Shown here one piece after another: positions 16,724 to 25,796 of a DNA stretch of 64,000 nt. Position 1 is the first letter of the stretch; each line of letters begins with the position of its first letter. A model generated the notes under the pieces. That model was given only the letters and a program-made list of their open reading frames with translations. It made no database searches and was not told the DNA's origin. Origin of the DNA: an uncultured Desulfovibrionaceae bacterium (GTDB lineage: Bacteria; Desulfobacterota; Desulfovibrionia; Desulfovibrionales; Desulfomicrobiaceae); the NCBI GenBank assembly GCA_964651415.1, contig CAZYZA010000001.1, positions 40,274 through 104,273 of the forward strand. Direction: 5' to 3'. The position numbers and the translations under genes were made by a program.

Positions 16724-17752
16724 TCAGGAGAGAATGCGAACATCCAGATAACCGGGGAAACCGGCGTGACCGTCACCCTGGTATTCCAGCAGGGACCAGG
16801 AACCATCCCGGGCCACTTCCTCGAAGCCCGCGAATTTGTAGGTCACGTACATCATCCGGTTGCGGTCCGTTTCCACGAATTCGGCCCGCAGCTTCTTGCC
16901 GGATCGGACCGCCTCGGAGATGACATGGTTGAGCATGACCGAACCGACCCCGCGCGACATGACCCGGCAGGACATGAGCAGCAGTTTCAACGTCCAGCAG
17001 TCCTCGCCTTTTTCCACCAGGCACAGGCCGATTTTGCCGTAGGGGCCGAATTTGTCCTCCAGGGCGCTCATGAGCAGGAGGTGGTCCGGCGAGGAGCGTA
17101 GCCTGTCCAGCTCGTCGTGGCCGAAGGTCAGTCCTGTGGCGTTGAGTTGATGGGTGCGTTCCGTCAGGTCCACGGCCCGTTGCAGATCGCCGTCGGCCAC
17201 GGGGGCGATGGAGAAGCGCATGTCGAGGCTGGCCAGAAAGGCTTCGGCCGGGCCGGAAAAGTTTTCCTCGGCCTTGGCCCGGCTCTGGTCCGTCAGATAG
17301 AGCTGGCGGCGCATGGCCGAATCCTCGGTCACAAAGCGCGGGATGAAGCGCGGCAATTCCGGGATGGTCGGCATGTTGGCCGCGTCCAGGCACAGCACCT
17401 CGGGCAGGGCCAACCCGACCTCTTCCCGCTCAAAGGGCTGATCATCGACAAAGGCAAAGGTGTTCAGGCCGATGTTCAATTTTTGGGCGATAGTCTGCAG
17501 GGACTGGCTTTTGGGACCGAAATGGATCTGCGGATACAGAAAATAGTCGTTCAGGCCCAGGCGGGTCAGGTTAGCCATGGCGTGGTCATGCTCGTTGCGG
17601 CTGGCGATGGATTGCAGGATGCCGCGCCGGTCCAGGCTTTGGATCACTTCCAGCGCTGCGGGTCGCAGATCCCGACCGCCTCCTTCCAGCAGCACGCCGT
17701 CCCAGAGCGTGTCGTCCAGGTCCCAGACCAGGCACTTGACGGTTTTACTCAT
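16724..17752 (-). CDS. FkbH-like HAD-superfamily phosphatase/acyltransferase (glyceryl-ACP forming)
   Basis: MSKTVKCLVWDLDDTLWDG (HAD DxDxT motif) ...ILQSIASRNEHD...FAFVDDQPFEREEV, plus a C-terminal acyltransferase-like half. Size (342 aa) and motif pattern match FkbH/ZmaN-type proteins as I recall them. The ATG overlaps the upstream stop by 8 nt. Confidence 0.75.
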   Translation of the reverse strand: MSKTVKCLVWDLDDTLWDGVLLEGGGRDLRPAALEVIQSLDRRGILQSIASRNEHDHAMANLTRLGLNDYFLYPQIHFGPKSQSLQTIAQKLNIGLNTFAFVDDQPFEREEVGLALPEVLCLDAANMPTIPELPRFIPRFVTEDSAMRRQLYLTDQSRAKAEENFSGPAEAFLASLDMRFSIAPVADGDLQRAVDLTERTHQLNATGLTFGHDELDRLRSSPDHLLLMSALEDKFGPYGKIGLCLVEKGEDCWTLKLLLMSCRVMSRGVGSVMLNHVISEAVRSGKKLRAEFVETDRNRMMYVTYKFAGFEEVARDGSWSLLEYQGDGHAGFPGYLDVRILS

Positions 17753-18887
17753 GGCGTTTTCTCCGGGGAGGGCGGTGGCGCATAAAGGCGTGATTGGAAA
17801 TCATGAGCTGCTGCATCTGGGAGCTGCCTTCGATGATTTCGCAGATCTTGGCGTCGCGGTAATAGCGCATGAGCGGGTAGTCCGGGGAACAACCATTGCC
17901 GCCATGAACCTGCAGGGCGTCGGACGCGGCGCGCAGGGCGGCCCTGGAGCAGAAATACTTGGCCGTGGTGATGAGCATGATCGAGTCCGGGGACATGGCG
18001 TCCCGCTCCCGCCCGGCATGCAGCACCAGGGCCCTGGCCGCTTCCAGGTCCGTGGCCATGTTGGCGATCATTTCCTGGATGAGCTGGTGCTTGCGCAGGG
18101 CCTGGCCGAACTGGGTCCGCTCCTTGGCGTAGATGACGCTCGTTTCCAGGCAGGCTTCCAGAATGCCCACGCAGCCGCAGCCCACGGTGAAGCGCCCATG
18201 ATCCAGGGCATGGGAGGCAACAAAGGTGAAGCCGCCGCCGGTGGGGCCCAGGATGGACTCGGCCGGCAGCGCGCAGTCCGTGAAATCCAGGCGGGCGATG
18301 CCGGCCGCCCGGAATCCGAGCAGATCCTTCATGGGCGTGATGCGCAAACCGGGCGTGCCGGCCGGAACCAGCAGGGCGACCACGCCTTCGTCCTCCAGCC
18401 GGGCCATGATCAGAAAAAGACCGGCATGGACCGAGCCGGAGATCCATTTCTTGGCTCCGTTCAGGATCAGCCTCTCCCCGTCGCGCCGGACCCGGCACTG
18501 GATGCCGGCCGCGTCACTGCCATGGTCGGGTTCGGTCAGACCGAAGGCGGCCCGGACCCGGCCGGCGGCCAAAAGAGGCAGCCATCGGTGCTGTTGCTCG
18601 GGCGTGCCCCAGCGCAGCACGGCCTGGGAAACCATGTTGTGCACGGTCAAAAGACTCAGCAGGGACACGCTGCCCCTGGCCAGTTCGGCGCAGATCCGGC
18701 ACAGACCGGAACTGTCCAGGCCCTGGCCGCCCCAGGTCCGGGGCAGACCCGCTCCAAACCACTTCTCGGCGCATTCTTCGATGATGTCGTCCGGCAGGGA
18801 CTGCGCTTCCTCCCAGGCGTTGGAATAGGGGTAGACCCGGTCGTTAATCCACGCGCGCATGGCGCGGCCTGCGACTTCAGCGTCCAT
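17745..18887 (-). CDS. Acyl-CoA/acyl-ACP dehydrogenase (FkbI/ZmaE/ClbF-like)
   Basis: ACAD-family sequence (...GLTEPDHGSDAAGIQC..., ...YFCSRAALRAASDALQVHGGNGCSPDYPLMRYYRDAKICEIIEGSSQMQ). The probable start is the ATG at 18887, preceded by GAAGGAGAAGGG. The ORF-track start is at 18914. Confidence 0.85.
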   Translation of the reverse strand: MDAEVAGRAMRAWINDRVYPYSNAWEEAQSLPDDIIEECAEKWFGAGLPRTWGGQGLDSSGLCRICAELARGSVSLLSLLTVHNMVSQAVLRWGTPEQQHRWLPLLAAGRVRAAFGLTEPDHGSDAAGIQCRVRRDGERLILNGAKKWISGSVHAGLFLIMARLEDEGVVALLVPAGTPGLRITPMKDLLGFRAAGIARLDFTDCALPAESILGPTGGGFTFVASHALDHGRFTVGCGCVGILEACLETSVIYAKERTQFGQALRKHQLIQEMIANMATDLEAARALVLHAGRERDAMSPDSIMLITTAKYFCSRAALRAASDALQVHGGNGCSPDYPLMRYYRDAKICEIIEGSSQMQQLMISNHAFMRHRPPRRKRHE

Positions 18888-19122
18888 GCCCTTCTCCTTC
18901 GACCAGGGAGACAATGGCGTCGATGGATTGAAAATTGCTCAGTTTCAGATTTTCACGGCTGATGGTCAGTTGAAACTGTTTTTCCACGAACATCACCAGT
19001 TGCATGGCAAAAAGCGAATTGACGTATCCCAGTTCGAACATGTTTTCATCATCGGCCAGTTCGTCGTCCTTGACGTATTTCAGCACAAAATCCCGGATAG
19101 TCCCCCGCACGTCGTTGGTCAT
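18877..19122 (-). CDS. Stand-alone acyl carrier protein (FkbJ/ZmaD/ClbE-like)
   Basis: 81 aa, acidic, with the carrier-type helix II motif ELGYVNSLFAMQLVMFVE. It lies between the two dehydrogenases, as in known extender-unit cassettes. Confidence 0.75.
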   Translation of the reverse strand: MTNDVRGTIRDFVLKYVKDDELADDENMFELGYVNSLFAMQLVMFVEKQFQLTISRENLKLSNFQSIDAIVSLVEGEGHGR

Positions 19123-19161
19123 GTATTCGTCCTTAGGTCTTTGGTGGATAAAAGTACGTTG

Positions 19162-20010
19162 TCAGGCGTATTCGTAAAAACCCTTGCCACTCTTGCGGCC
19201 CAGCAAACCTGCGTCCACCATCTTGCGCAGCAGGGGACACGGTCTGAATTTCGGATCGTTGTAGCTTGCGTACAGCCCTTCGAGGGACAGCAGGATCGTG
19301 TCCAGGCCGATCAGGTCGCCGGTTTCCAGCGGTCCCATGGGATGGCCGAAACAGGATTTGAAAATCCGGTCCACGTCTTCGGGGCGGGCCACATTGTCCT
19401 GGACGGTCCAGATGGCCTCGTTGACCGTGAGCATGAGCACGCGGTTGGACACGAATCCCGGCAGGTCGTTGACCACCACGGCCCGTTTTTTCATCTGTTT
19501 CAGAAAAGTCTTGGCCCGTGCGATGGTTTCGTCGCTGGTGTGATGCCCCCGAATGACCTCGACCACGGGTTTGAGCGGGACCGGGTTCATGAAATGCATG
19601 CCCACGATTTTGTCCGCGCGCTGTGTCCAGGACCCGATGCGGGTGATGGAAATGACCGAGGTGTTGGCCGCGATGCATGTCTCCGGCCGACAGATGCGGT
19701 CCAGGTCGCGGTACAGGGGTTCTTTCAGGTCAACCAGCTCCGTGATGTTTTCGACGACAAAATCCGCTTCGGCCAGTACTTCGGGTCGGGTGGCGAATCG
19801 GATGCGCGGCAGACAGGCGTCCACGTCCACGGCGTCCCGACCGAACAGACCGTGCATGCGCATGGCCTGGACGATGTCGTGTCGGGCCTGGTCCAGAATG
19901 TCCGTGTTCACGTCCACGAGCAGGACGTCCATGCCGTGCATGGCCAGGGTCTGGCTCACGCCGCGTCCCATGACTCCGGCGCCCACGACGCCTATGCATT
20001 GAAAATCCAT
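19162..20010 (-). CDS. 3-hydroxyacyl-CoA dehydrogenase family protein (FkbK/ZmaG/ClbD-like)
   Basis: MDFQCIGVVGAGVMGRGVSQTL (Rossmann GxGxxG) and the HBD-family core ...MHFMNPVPLKPVVEVI...GFVSNRVL.... ATG at 20010 is preceded by GGAGGA. The ORF-track start is at 20076. Confidence 0.85.
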   Translation of the reverse strand: MDFQCIGVVGAGVMGRGVSQTLAMHGMDVLLVDVNTDILDQARHDIVQAMRMHGLFGRDAVDVDACLPRIRFATRPEVLAEADFVVENITELVDLKEPLYRDLDRICRPETCIAANTSVISITRIGSWTQRADKIVGMHFMNPVPLKPVVEVIRGHHTSDETIARAKTFLKQMKKRAVVVNDLPGFVSNRVLMLTVNEAIWTVQDNVARPEDVDRIFKSCFGHPMGPLETGDLIGLDTILLSLEGLYASYNDPKFRPCPLLRKMVDAGLLGRKSGKGFYEYA

Positions 20011-20080
20011 GAATCCTCCATAACAATGAGACCTGCCTTCGCCAGGCATATTTCCATAACGACCTGAAATATCCATGAGT

Positions 20081-23000
20081 TTATGCGCCAGGTTGTCCCG
20101 TGGCCGGTCGAATCCGGCGCAGGCTCATGACCACCTTGAAAAACCAGGGGACAAAAACCGGTGAGATCACGGTGGCCGCGACCATACCGCCGATGATGCT
20201 GCTGCCGAGCACATGACGGCAGCCTGAACCGGCCCCGGAGGAGATCACCAGGGGCACGCAGCCCAGGATAAAGGCCAGGGACGTCATGATGATGGGACGA
20301 AATCGCAATCTGGCCGCCTCCAGTGCCGCCTCGGCCGGAGTGCGGCCGGCGGCCAGCTCCACGGCCGCGAACTCAACGATGAGAATGGCGTTCTTGGCCG
20401 CCAGGCCGATCAGAGTGACCATAGCCACCTGGACGTAAATATCGTTGGCAAAGCCAAGCACGAAGATTGTCGCCAGCGCGCCGAACAGGGCAAACGGAAC
20501 CGCCAGAACAACGGCCGTGGGTAGGGTCCAGCTATCATACTGGGCGGCCAGGATCAGGAACATCAGTCCCAGCCCCAGCAGCAGGGCCATGTAGTTGGTG
20601 CCGCCTTCAGCCTTTTCCTGAAAGGACGATCCGCTCCAGGCCAGGGAGTATCCGGCGGGCAACTCCGTGCGGACCAGGTCCTCCAGGGCGGCCATGGCCT
20701 GCAGGTTGCTGTATCCGGGGGCGGCCTGGCCGGACATCCGGGCCGCGGGCACTCCGTTGAACCGGGTCAGGGCGAAAGCGCCGCTGGTGGTCGTGGTCGA
20801 GATCAGGTTGGCCAGGGGAATCATTTCTCCGGCCTGGCTGCGCACGAAAATCGAAGACAGATCTTCCGGTCCGGCCCGGAACACGGAATCCGCCTGCAGA
20901 TAGACCCGAAAGGCCCGGCCGTGCAGGGTGAAATCATTCAGATAGCTGCCGGCCAGGGCGGAACTCAGAGCCTGGTACACGTCACCCACCGCGACGCCCA
21001 TGAGCTTGGCCTTTTCCACGTCAAGCTGCACGTAAACCTTGGGCGTGCCCAGACTCAGGGAACTGCCCACGCCGTCCAGTTCCGGCCGTCCGGCAGCGGC
21101 TTGGGACAGCTTGGCCGCCTGTGCGGCCATGTCTTCGACGGACGCCCCGGCATTGTTTTGCAGAAAACCTTCCAGCCCGCCCACGGTGCTCAGTCCGACG
21201 ATGGGTGGAGGATTGAAGGCCGCGAGCATTCCGTCCGTGACGTCGACACCGAAGACCCGTCCGGCCACCGCCTGGGAGGACTGGGCCGGGTCCGGACGCT
21301 GGTCCCAGGGCTTGAGCATGATGAAGGCGGCTCCGGCGCTGCCGACAGTGCCGGTGCCGCCGAGCAGGTCGGTGCCGGCGATGGTCAGCACGGAATCCAC
21401 GGCCGGGTCCCGGAGCATTGTCGCGGACAGGGTGTCGAGCACCTTGTCCGTGCGCGGCATGGCCGCTCCCTCGGGCAGCATGGCCACGGCGATGACGTAG
21501 CCCTGATCCTCGTCGGGAGCCAGTCCTTCGGGCACGCGATGCAGAAGGTCCCAGACGGCCCAGCCAAGCAGGCACATGCCCACGATGGCCAGGATGTCGA
21601 ACCGCAGCAGCAGGCGCACTCCGGCCAGATAGATGTTTGTCACCCAGGCGAAGCAGCGGTCGAAAAGACGCGAGAACCACGTGCCGCCGCCATGAGGGCG
21701 CAGCAGGCGGGCGCACATGACCGGCGAGAGAGTCAGAGCCACGATGCCGGACAGAGTCACGGACAGGGCGATGGTGATGCCGAACTGCCGGAACATTTCG
21801 CCGGTCATGCCGCCCATGAACGAGACCGGCACGAACACGGCGCACATCACCAGGACGGTGGCGATGACCGGTCCCGTGACCTCGCGCATGGCCAGACTGG
21901 TGGCCTGACGGGCCGATAGTCCCTTTTCGTGCATGATGCGCTCCACGTTTTCCAGGACCACGATGGCGTCGTCGACCACGATGCCGATGGCCAGGACCAT
22001 GCCGAAGAGGGTCAGGGTATTGATGGAGAATCCGAGCAGATACATGCCGATCATGGTGCCGATGATGGACACCGGCACGGCGATGCAAGGAATGAGTGTG
22101 GCCCGGACGTTCTGGAGGAAAAGAAAAATGACCAGGGCCACCAGGACCATGGCTTCAAACAGGGTATGCACGACCTCTTCGATGGAGATGCGGACAAAGG
22201 TGGTCACGTTGTAGGGTATGGCATGCTCCATGCCCGGCGGAAAATCCCGGCTCAGTTCGATCATTCTGGCCGCGATGAGATCGGCGGTCTGCAGGGCGTT
22301 GGCGCCGGGGGCAAGGGAAATGCTGACGCCGGCCACGGGCTGACCGTTGAGCTTGCTGCGCACCCCGTAGTCGGCGGCGCCCAGTTCGATGCGGGCCACG
22401 TCGCGCAAACGCATGATGCCCTTGTTCTGGTCCACCCGGACGATGATGTCGCCGAACTCCTCCACCGTGGCCATGCGGCCCTGGGTGCTGACCAGCCAGG
22501 TCATTTTCAGGTCGTCGGGTGCGGGCTGCAGGCCGACGGTTCCGGCCGCGTACTGGGCGTTTTGTTCCTGCACGGCCCGGGCGATATCCTGGGGCGTGAG
22601 GGCGAAGGCGGCCAGCTTGGCCGGATCGAACCAGATACGCATGGCGTATTCTTCGGAGATGAGCGACGCGGCCGAGGCCACTCCGGGAATGCGCTTCAAA
22701 TGGTCGATGATGTTCAGGGCCGCGTAATTGTTCAGGTAGAGGCTGTCGTAGCGGCCGTCCGGGCTGGACAGGGTGATGATCATGAGGAACGCGCCCGAGC
22801 CGGCGGTCACGCTGACGCCCAGTCGGCGCACCTCGTCCGGCAGGGAGGCCAGTGTCCCCTGGACAAGGTTGCTGACCCGGCTGCTGGCGGCTTCCGGATC
22901 GGTGCCCTGGGCAAAGGTCGCGGTCATGGACATGACCCCGTTGGCAGAGCAGGTCGATTGGAGATAGAGCAGGTCCTGAGCCCCGTTCACGGCCTGCTCC

Positions 23001-23203
23001 AGGGGGGCGGCCACGACCTGGGAAATGACCTCGGGGCTGGCGCCGGGATAGATCGCGGTGACCGAGACGGCCGGCGGAAGCAGATCCGGATATTGGGCCA
23101 CCGGCAGGCGTGTCAGCGCCAGGGTGCCCAAGATGACGATGACCAGGGAGATGACGATGGCCAGGACCGGTCGACGCAGAAAGAAAATGTCCTGCATGAT
23201 CAA
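20081..23203 (-). CDS. RND (HAE1/AcrB-type) efflux permease
   Basis: 1040 aa with 12-TM RND architecture. The N-terminus FFLRRPVLAIVISLVIVILG and multiple conserved AcrB-like blocks are present. The start overlaps the MFP stop (ATGA). Confidence 0.93.
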   Translation of the reverse strand: MIMQDIFFLRRPVLAIVISLVIVILGTLALTRLPVAQYPDLLPPAVSVTAIYPGASPEVISQVVAAPLEQAVNGAQDLLYLQSTCSANGVMSMTATFAQGTDPEAASSRVSNLVQGTLASLPDEVRRLGVSVTAGSGAFLMIITLSSPDGRYDSLYLNNYAALNIIDHLKRIPGVASAASLISEEYAMRIWFDPAKLAAFALTPQDIARAVQEQNAQYAAGTVGLQPAPDDLKMTWLVSTQGRMATVEEFGDIIVRVDQNKGIMRLRDVARIELGAADYGVRSKLNGQPVAGVSISLAPGANALQTADLIAARMIELSRDFPPGMEHAIPYNVTTFVRISIEEVVHTLFEAMVLVALVIFLFLQNVRATLIPCIAVPVSIIGTMIGMYLLGFSINTLTLFGMVLAIGIVVDDAIVVLENVERIMHEKGLSARQATSLAMREVTGPVIATVLVMCAVFVPVSFMGGMTGEMFRQFGITIALSVTLSGIVALTLSPVMCARLLRPHGGGTWFSRLFDRCFAWVTNIYLAGVRLLLRFDILAIVGMCLLGWAVWDLLHRVPEGLAPDEDQGYVIAVAMLPEGAAMPRTDKVLDTLSATMLRDPAVDSVLTIAGTDLLGGTGTVGSAGAAFIMLKPWDQRPDPAQSSQAVAGRVFGVDVTDGMLAAFNPPPIVGLSTVGGLEGFLQNNAGASVEDMAAQAAKLSQAAAGRPELDGVGSSLSLGTPKVYVQLDVEKAKLMGVAVGDVYQALSSALAGSYLNDFTLHGRAFRVYLQADSVFRAGPEDLSSIFVRSQAGEMIPLANLISTTTTSGAFALTRFNGVPAARMSGQAAPGYSNLQAMAALEDLVRTELPAGYSLAWSGSSFQEKAEGGTNYMALLLGLGLMFLILAAQYDSWTLPTAVVLAVPFALFGALATIFVLGFANDIYVQVAMVTLIGLAAKNAILIVEFAAVELAAGRTPAEAALEAARLRFRPIIMTSLAFILGCVPLVISSGAGSGCRHVLGSSIIGGMVAATVISPVFVPWFFKVVMSLRRIRPATGQPGA

Positions 23204-24363
23204 CCCTGGGTCCGGGAGTCGGGCTCCGGATTTTCGCGGACATTGACCGGCATGCCCGGACCGACCTTGCCCGTGCCTTCGACAATGATCCGTTCCGTGC
23301 CGTCCAGCCCGGAGGAGACCACGAGCTGTCTGCCGACACGGGTCAGGATTTCGATGGGACGGAAGGACGCGGTCTGGGCGTCATCGACCACGACGACCAT
23401 GGCCCCGGTCTGCCCCTGCAGAACCGCCTGTTCGGGAATGGCGATGGCGGCGGGGAAGGTCAGAAGGCTCAGATGGATGCGGACAACCTGGCCCGGCAGC
23501 AGGGTTCTGTCCGGGTTGGGAAAAACTGCCTTGGCCAGCATGCAGCCTGTTTCCCGGCTGATCACGGGATTGCCGAAGGTCATGGTGCCGTTGTGCGGGT
23601 AGGCGTGATTCTGGTCGATGGACAGCCGGGCCGGAACCGTTTTGTCCATGACGGCCCGTTCGCTGGCCAGAAAGCCCTGGATGCGCCGGACCTGGGTGTC
23701 GGGCACGGAAAAGACGATTTGCACCTTGTGCACGTTGTGAATGGTGGTCAGCAGGCTGTCCGGCGAACCGGCGGCAATAAGGCTGCCTTCGTTATGTTCG
23801 GCCATGCTGGCGAACCCGCCGATGGGTGCCTTGATCCGGGTCTGATCCAGTTCGATCCGCGCCGCGCGAAGGGTAGCCTCGGCTTCGGCCAGGCCCGCCT
23901 TGGCCGATTCGTACTCGGTCTGCACCAGGTCGCGGTCCCGCTGGCTGATGGAATTGCGTTCGGCCAGGGGTACAGCCCGGTCCAGATCCCGCCGGGCGTT
24001 GTCCAGCCGTGCCTTGAGGCTGGTGACGCGGCTTGCGGCCTGATCGACCTGGGCCTGGAACGGTCCGGGCTCAATCTCGAACAAGACCTGTCCGGCCTGG
24101 ACCGCTTCGCCGTCCCGGAAAAAACGCTTTCTGAGAATTCCGCTGACCTGGGCCCGCACTTCAACGGATTCGATTCCTTCCACATGACCGACAAAGGTCT
24201 GCTCGAAAGAGATGTCCGCCGGCGAAAGCTGCTGCACCAGGACCGTGGGCCGGGGCCGCGTCGGGGCCGGTTCGGAGGAGCCGCCATCCTGGTTGGAACA
24301 GCCTGCCGCAAGTCCGCAGCAGAGCAGAATCATCAGCCACAAAATGCCGGCTCCACGAATCAT
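23200..24363 (-). CDS. RND periplasmic adaptor (membrane fusion protein), lipoprotein
   Basis: Lipobox LAAGC at the N-terminus. HlyD/AcrA-like coiled-coil and beta-barrel segments are present (...RAARIELDQTRIKAPIGG...). ATGA overlaps on both sides. Confidence 0.9.
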   Translation of the reverse strand: MIRGAGILWLMILLCCGLAAGCSNQDGGSSEPAPTRPRPTVLVQQLSPADISFEQTFVGHVEGIESVEVRAQVSGILRKRFFRDGEAVQAGQVLFEIEPGPFQAQVDQAASRVTSLKARLDNARRDLDRAVPLAERNSISQRDRDLVQTEYESAKAGLAEAEATLRAARIELDQTRIKAPIGGFASMAEHNEGSLIAAGSPDSLLTTIHNVHKVQIVFSVPDTQVRRIQGFLASERAVMDKTVPARLSIDQNHAYPHNGTMTFGNPVISRETGCMLAKAVFPNPDRTLLPGQVVRIHLSLLTFPAAIAIPEQAVLQGQTGAMVVVVDDAQTASFRPIEILTRVGRQLVVSSGLDGTERIIVEGTGKVGPGMPVNVRENPEPDSRTQG

Positions 24364-25796
24364 GGGTGTACCTTTTGGCTAGAAGTGTCGGGCGTTTGGA
24401 TCCGGCCGGTTGTTTCTTCCCATCCGCCGCCCAGGGCCATGCACATGTCCACGGCGGCCTGCAGTTGGCCCGTTCTGGTCTGGGCCCAGCTCAGTTGGGC
24501 GTCAAAGAGCGCGCGACCTGCGTCCAGTACGTCAAGATAATTGGAATATCCGTGCCGATGCCGGTCTTCGGCCTTGATGGCGGCCTCCTGCAGGCCGGCA
24601 ATGTTGCGGCTCAGGGCGATTTCGGCCTGCGCCAACAAAGACTGACGAGCCAGGATGCTTCGGATGTCGCTGAACGCCGACAGCACGGCCTGTTCATAGC
24701 CTGCGGCCGCTTCCTGGCACGCGGCCCGGGCCATGAGTTCACGGAAGCGGGTGTTCCAGAAGTCCAGCGGCAGATTCAGACTCAGCCCATAGCCCCAGGT
24801 CAGCGCCCCGGACATGGTCATGTCAGTGGGCTGTGCCCCAGCCAGGCCGGCTTTTCCGGTCAGGGAGATGGAAGGAAAATAGTCGGCGCGGACCACGCCC
24901 ACATCGAAATGGGCCGCGCGCAGACGCTGTTCGGCCGCATGCAGGTCCGGACGTCGCAGCAGCAGGCTGGACGGCAGATCATCCGGCAGGACGGGTGCTG
25001 CGGGAAACGTTTCAAGGCTTGCGCCGGGCCGGATTGATGCGTTCAGGATTTTTTCCGGCGAACGTCCGAGCAGCACAAGCAGGGCGCTCTGGGTTTCCTC
25101 CAGACCCAGCCGGGCCATGGCCAGGGAATAGCGGGCGACCTCGACTTCGCTTTCGGCCCGCAGGAGATCGGCCCGGCTGAAGAATCCCACGGCTTCGTTG
25201 ATCTGGTAAAACTCAAGGGCCTCGATGCGCTGGGTCAGGGTCTGTTCGGCGATGCGAACCTGAAAGCCGTAGCCGATCAGGGAAAAATAGGCTTTTGCGG
25301 TGGAGGCGGCCACCAGGAGGCGGGCGGCGGCGAGGTCGGATTCGGTGGCCAGCAGGAGGGCATCGGCAGAGTCGGCGGAGTTGCGAAATTTCCCCCAGAA
25401 GTCGAGCTCCCAGGCTGTGTTGAACATGATGTTGTGGAGGCTGGACGATTCGTGTCCTTTGGGTGGTCCGCCAGCTATGCGCCGGGATGTCCAGGATTCT
25501 TCCGCGTTACCGGCCAGGGCGGGCGAGGGGGCCAGGTCGCCCCGGGCTCTTCCGGCCCGGGCCCGGGCCTGGAGCACGCGGGCCGTGGCTGCGGCCAGAT
25601 CCCGGTTATGCTCAAGGGCCTCGCCTACCAGTTGATCGAGCACGGGATCGTCAAAGCGTTGCCACCAGTCGGAAGCCAGGCTTTCTCCGGCCGTTTGCGG
25701 CCAGGAAGGAGGCAATTCCTGCACCGGACGCACGTATGATGGGGCCAGGGAGCAACCTGTCAGCAGCAGAACGAGCAGGAAAAGAGTATGCTTCAC
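24360..25796 (-). CDS. Outer-membrane factor lipoprotein (NodT/OprM family)
   Basis: GTG start, signal plus lipobox LLLTGCSLAPSY, and two OEP repeats (478 aa). It is the first gene of the minus-strand unit. Confidence 0.9.
   Translation of the reverse strand: MKHTLFLLVLLLTGCSLAPSYVRPVQELPPSWPQTAGESLASDWWQRFDDPVLDQLVGEALEHNRDLAAATARVLQARARAGRARGDLAPSPALAGNAEESWTSRRIAGGPPKGHESSSLHNIMFNTAWELDFWGKFRNSADSADALLLATESDLAAARLLVAASTAKAYFSLIGYGFQVRIAEQTLTQRIEALEFYQINEAVGFFSRADLLRAESEVEVARYSLAMARLGLEETQSALLVLLGRSPEKILNASIRPGASLETFPAAPVLPDDLPSSLLLRRPDLHAAEQRLRAAHFDVGVVRADYFPSISLTGKAGLAGAQPTDMTMSGALTWGYGLSLNLPLDFWNTRFRELMARAACQEAAAGYEQAVLSAFSDIRSILARQSLLAQAEIALSRNIAGLQEAAIKAEDRHRHGYSNYLDVLDAGRALFDAQLSWAQTRTGQLQAAVDMCMALGGGWEETTGRIQTPDTSSQKVHP

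Noticed and set aside
21021-22088. 355-aa extremely Arg/Gly/His-rich ORF, in an alternative frame of the same strand as the RND permease gene.
   Set aside because: The RND frame encodes conserved TM segments. The alternative frame is a compositional artefact.
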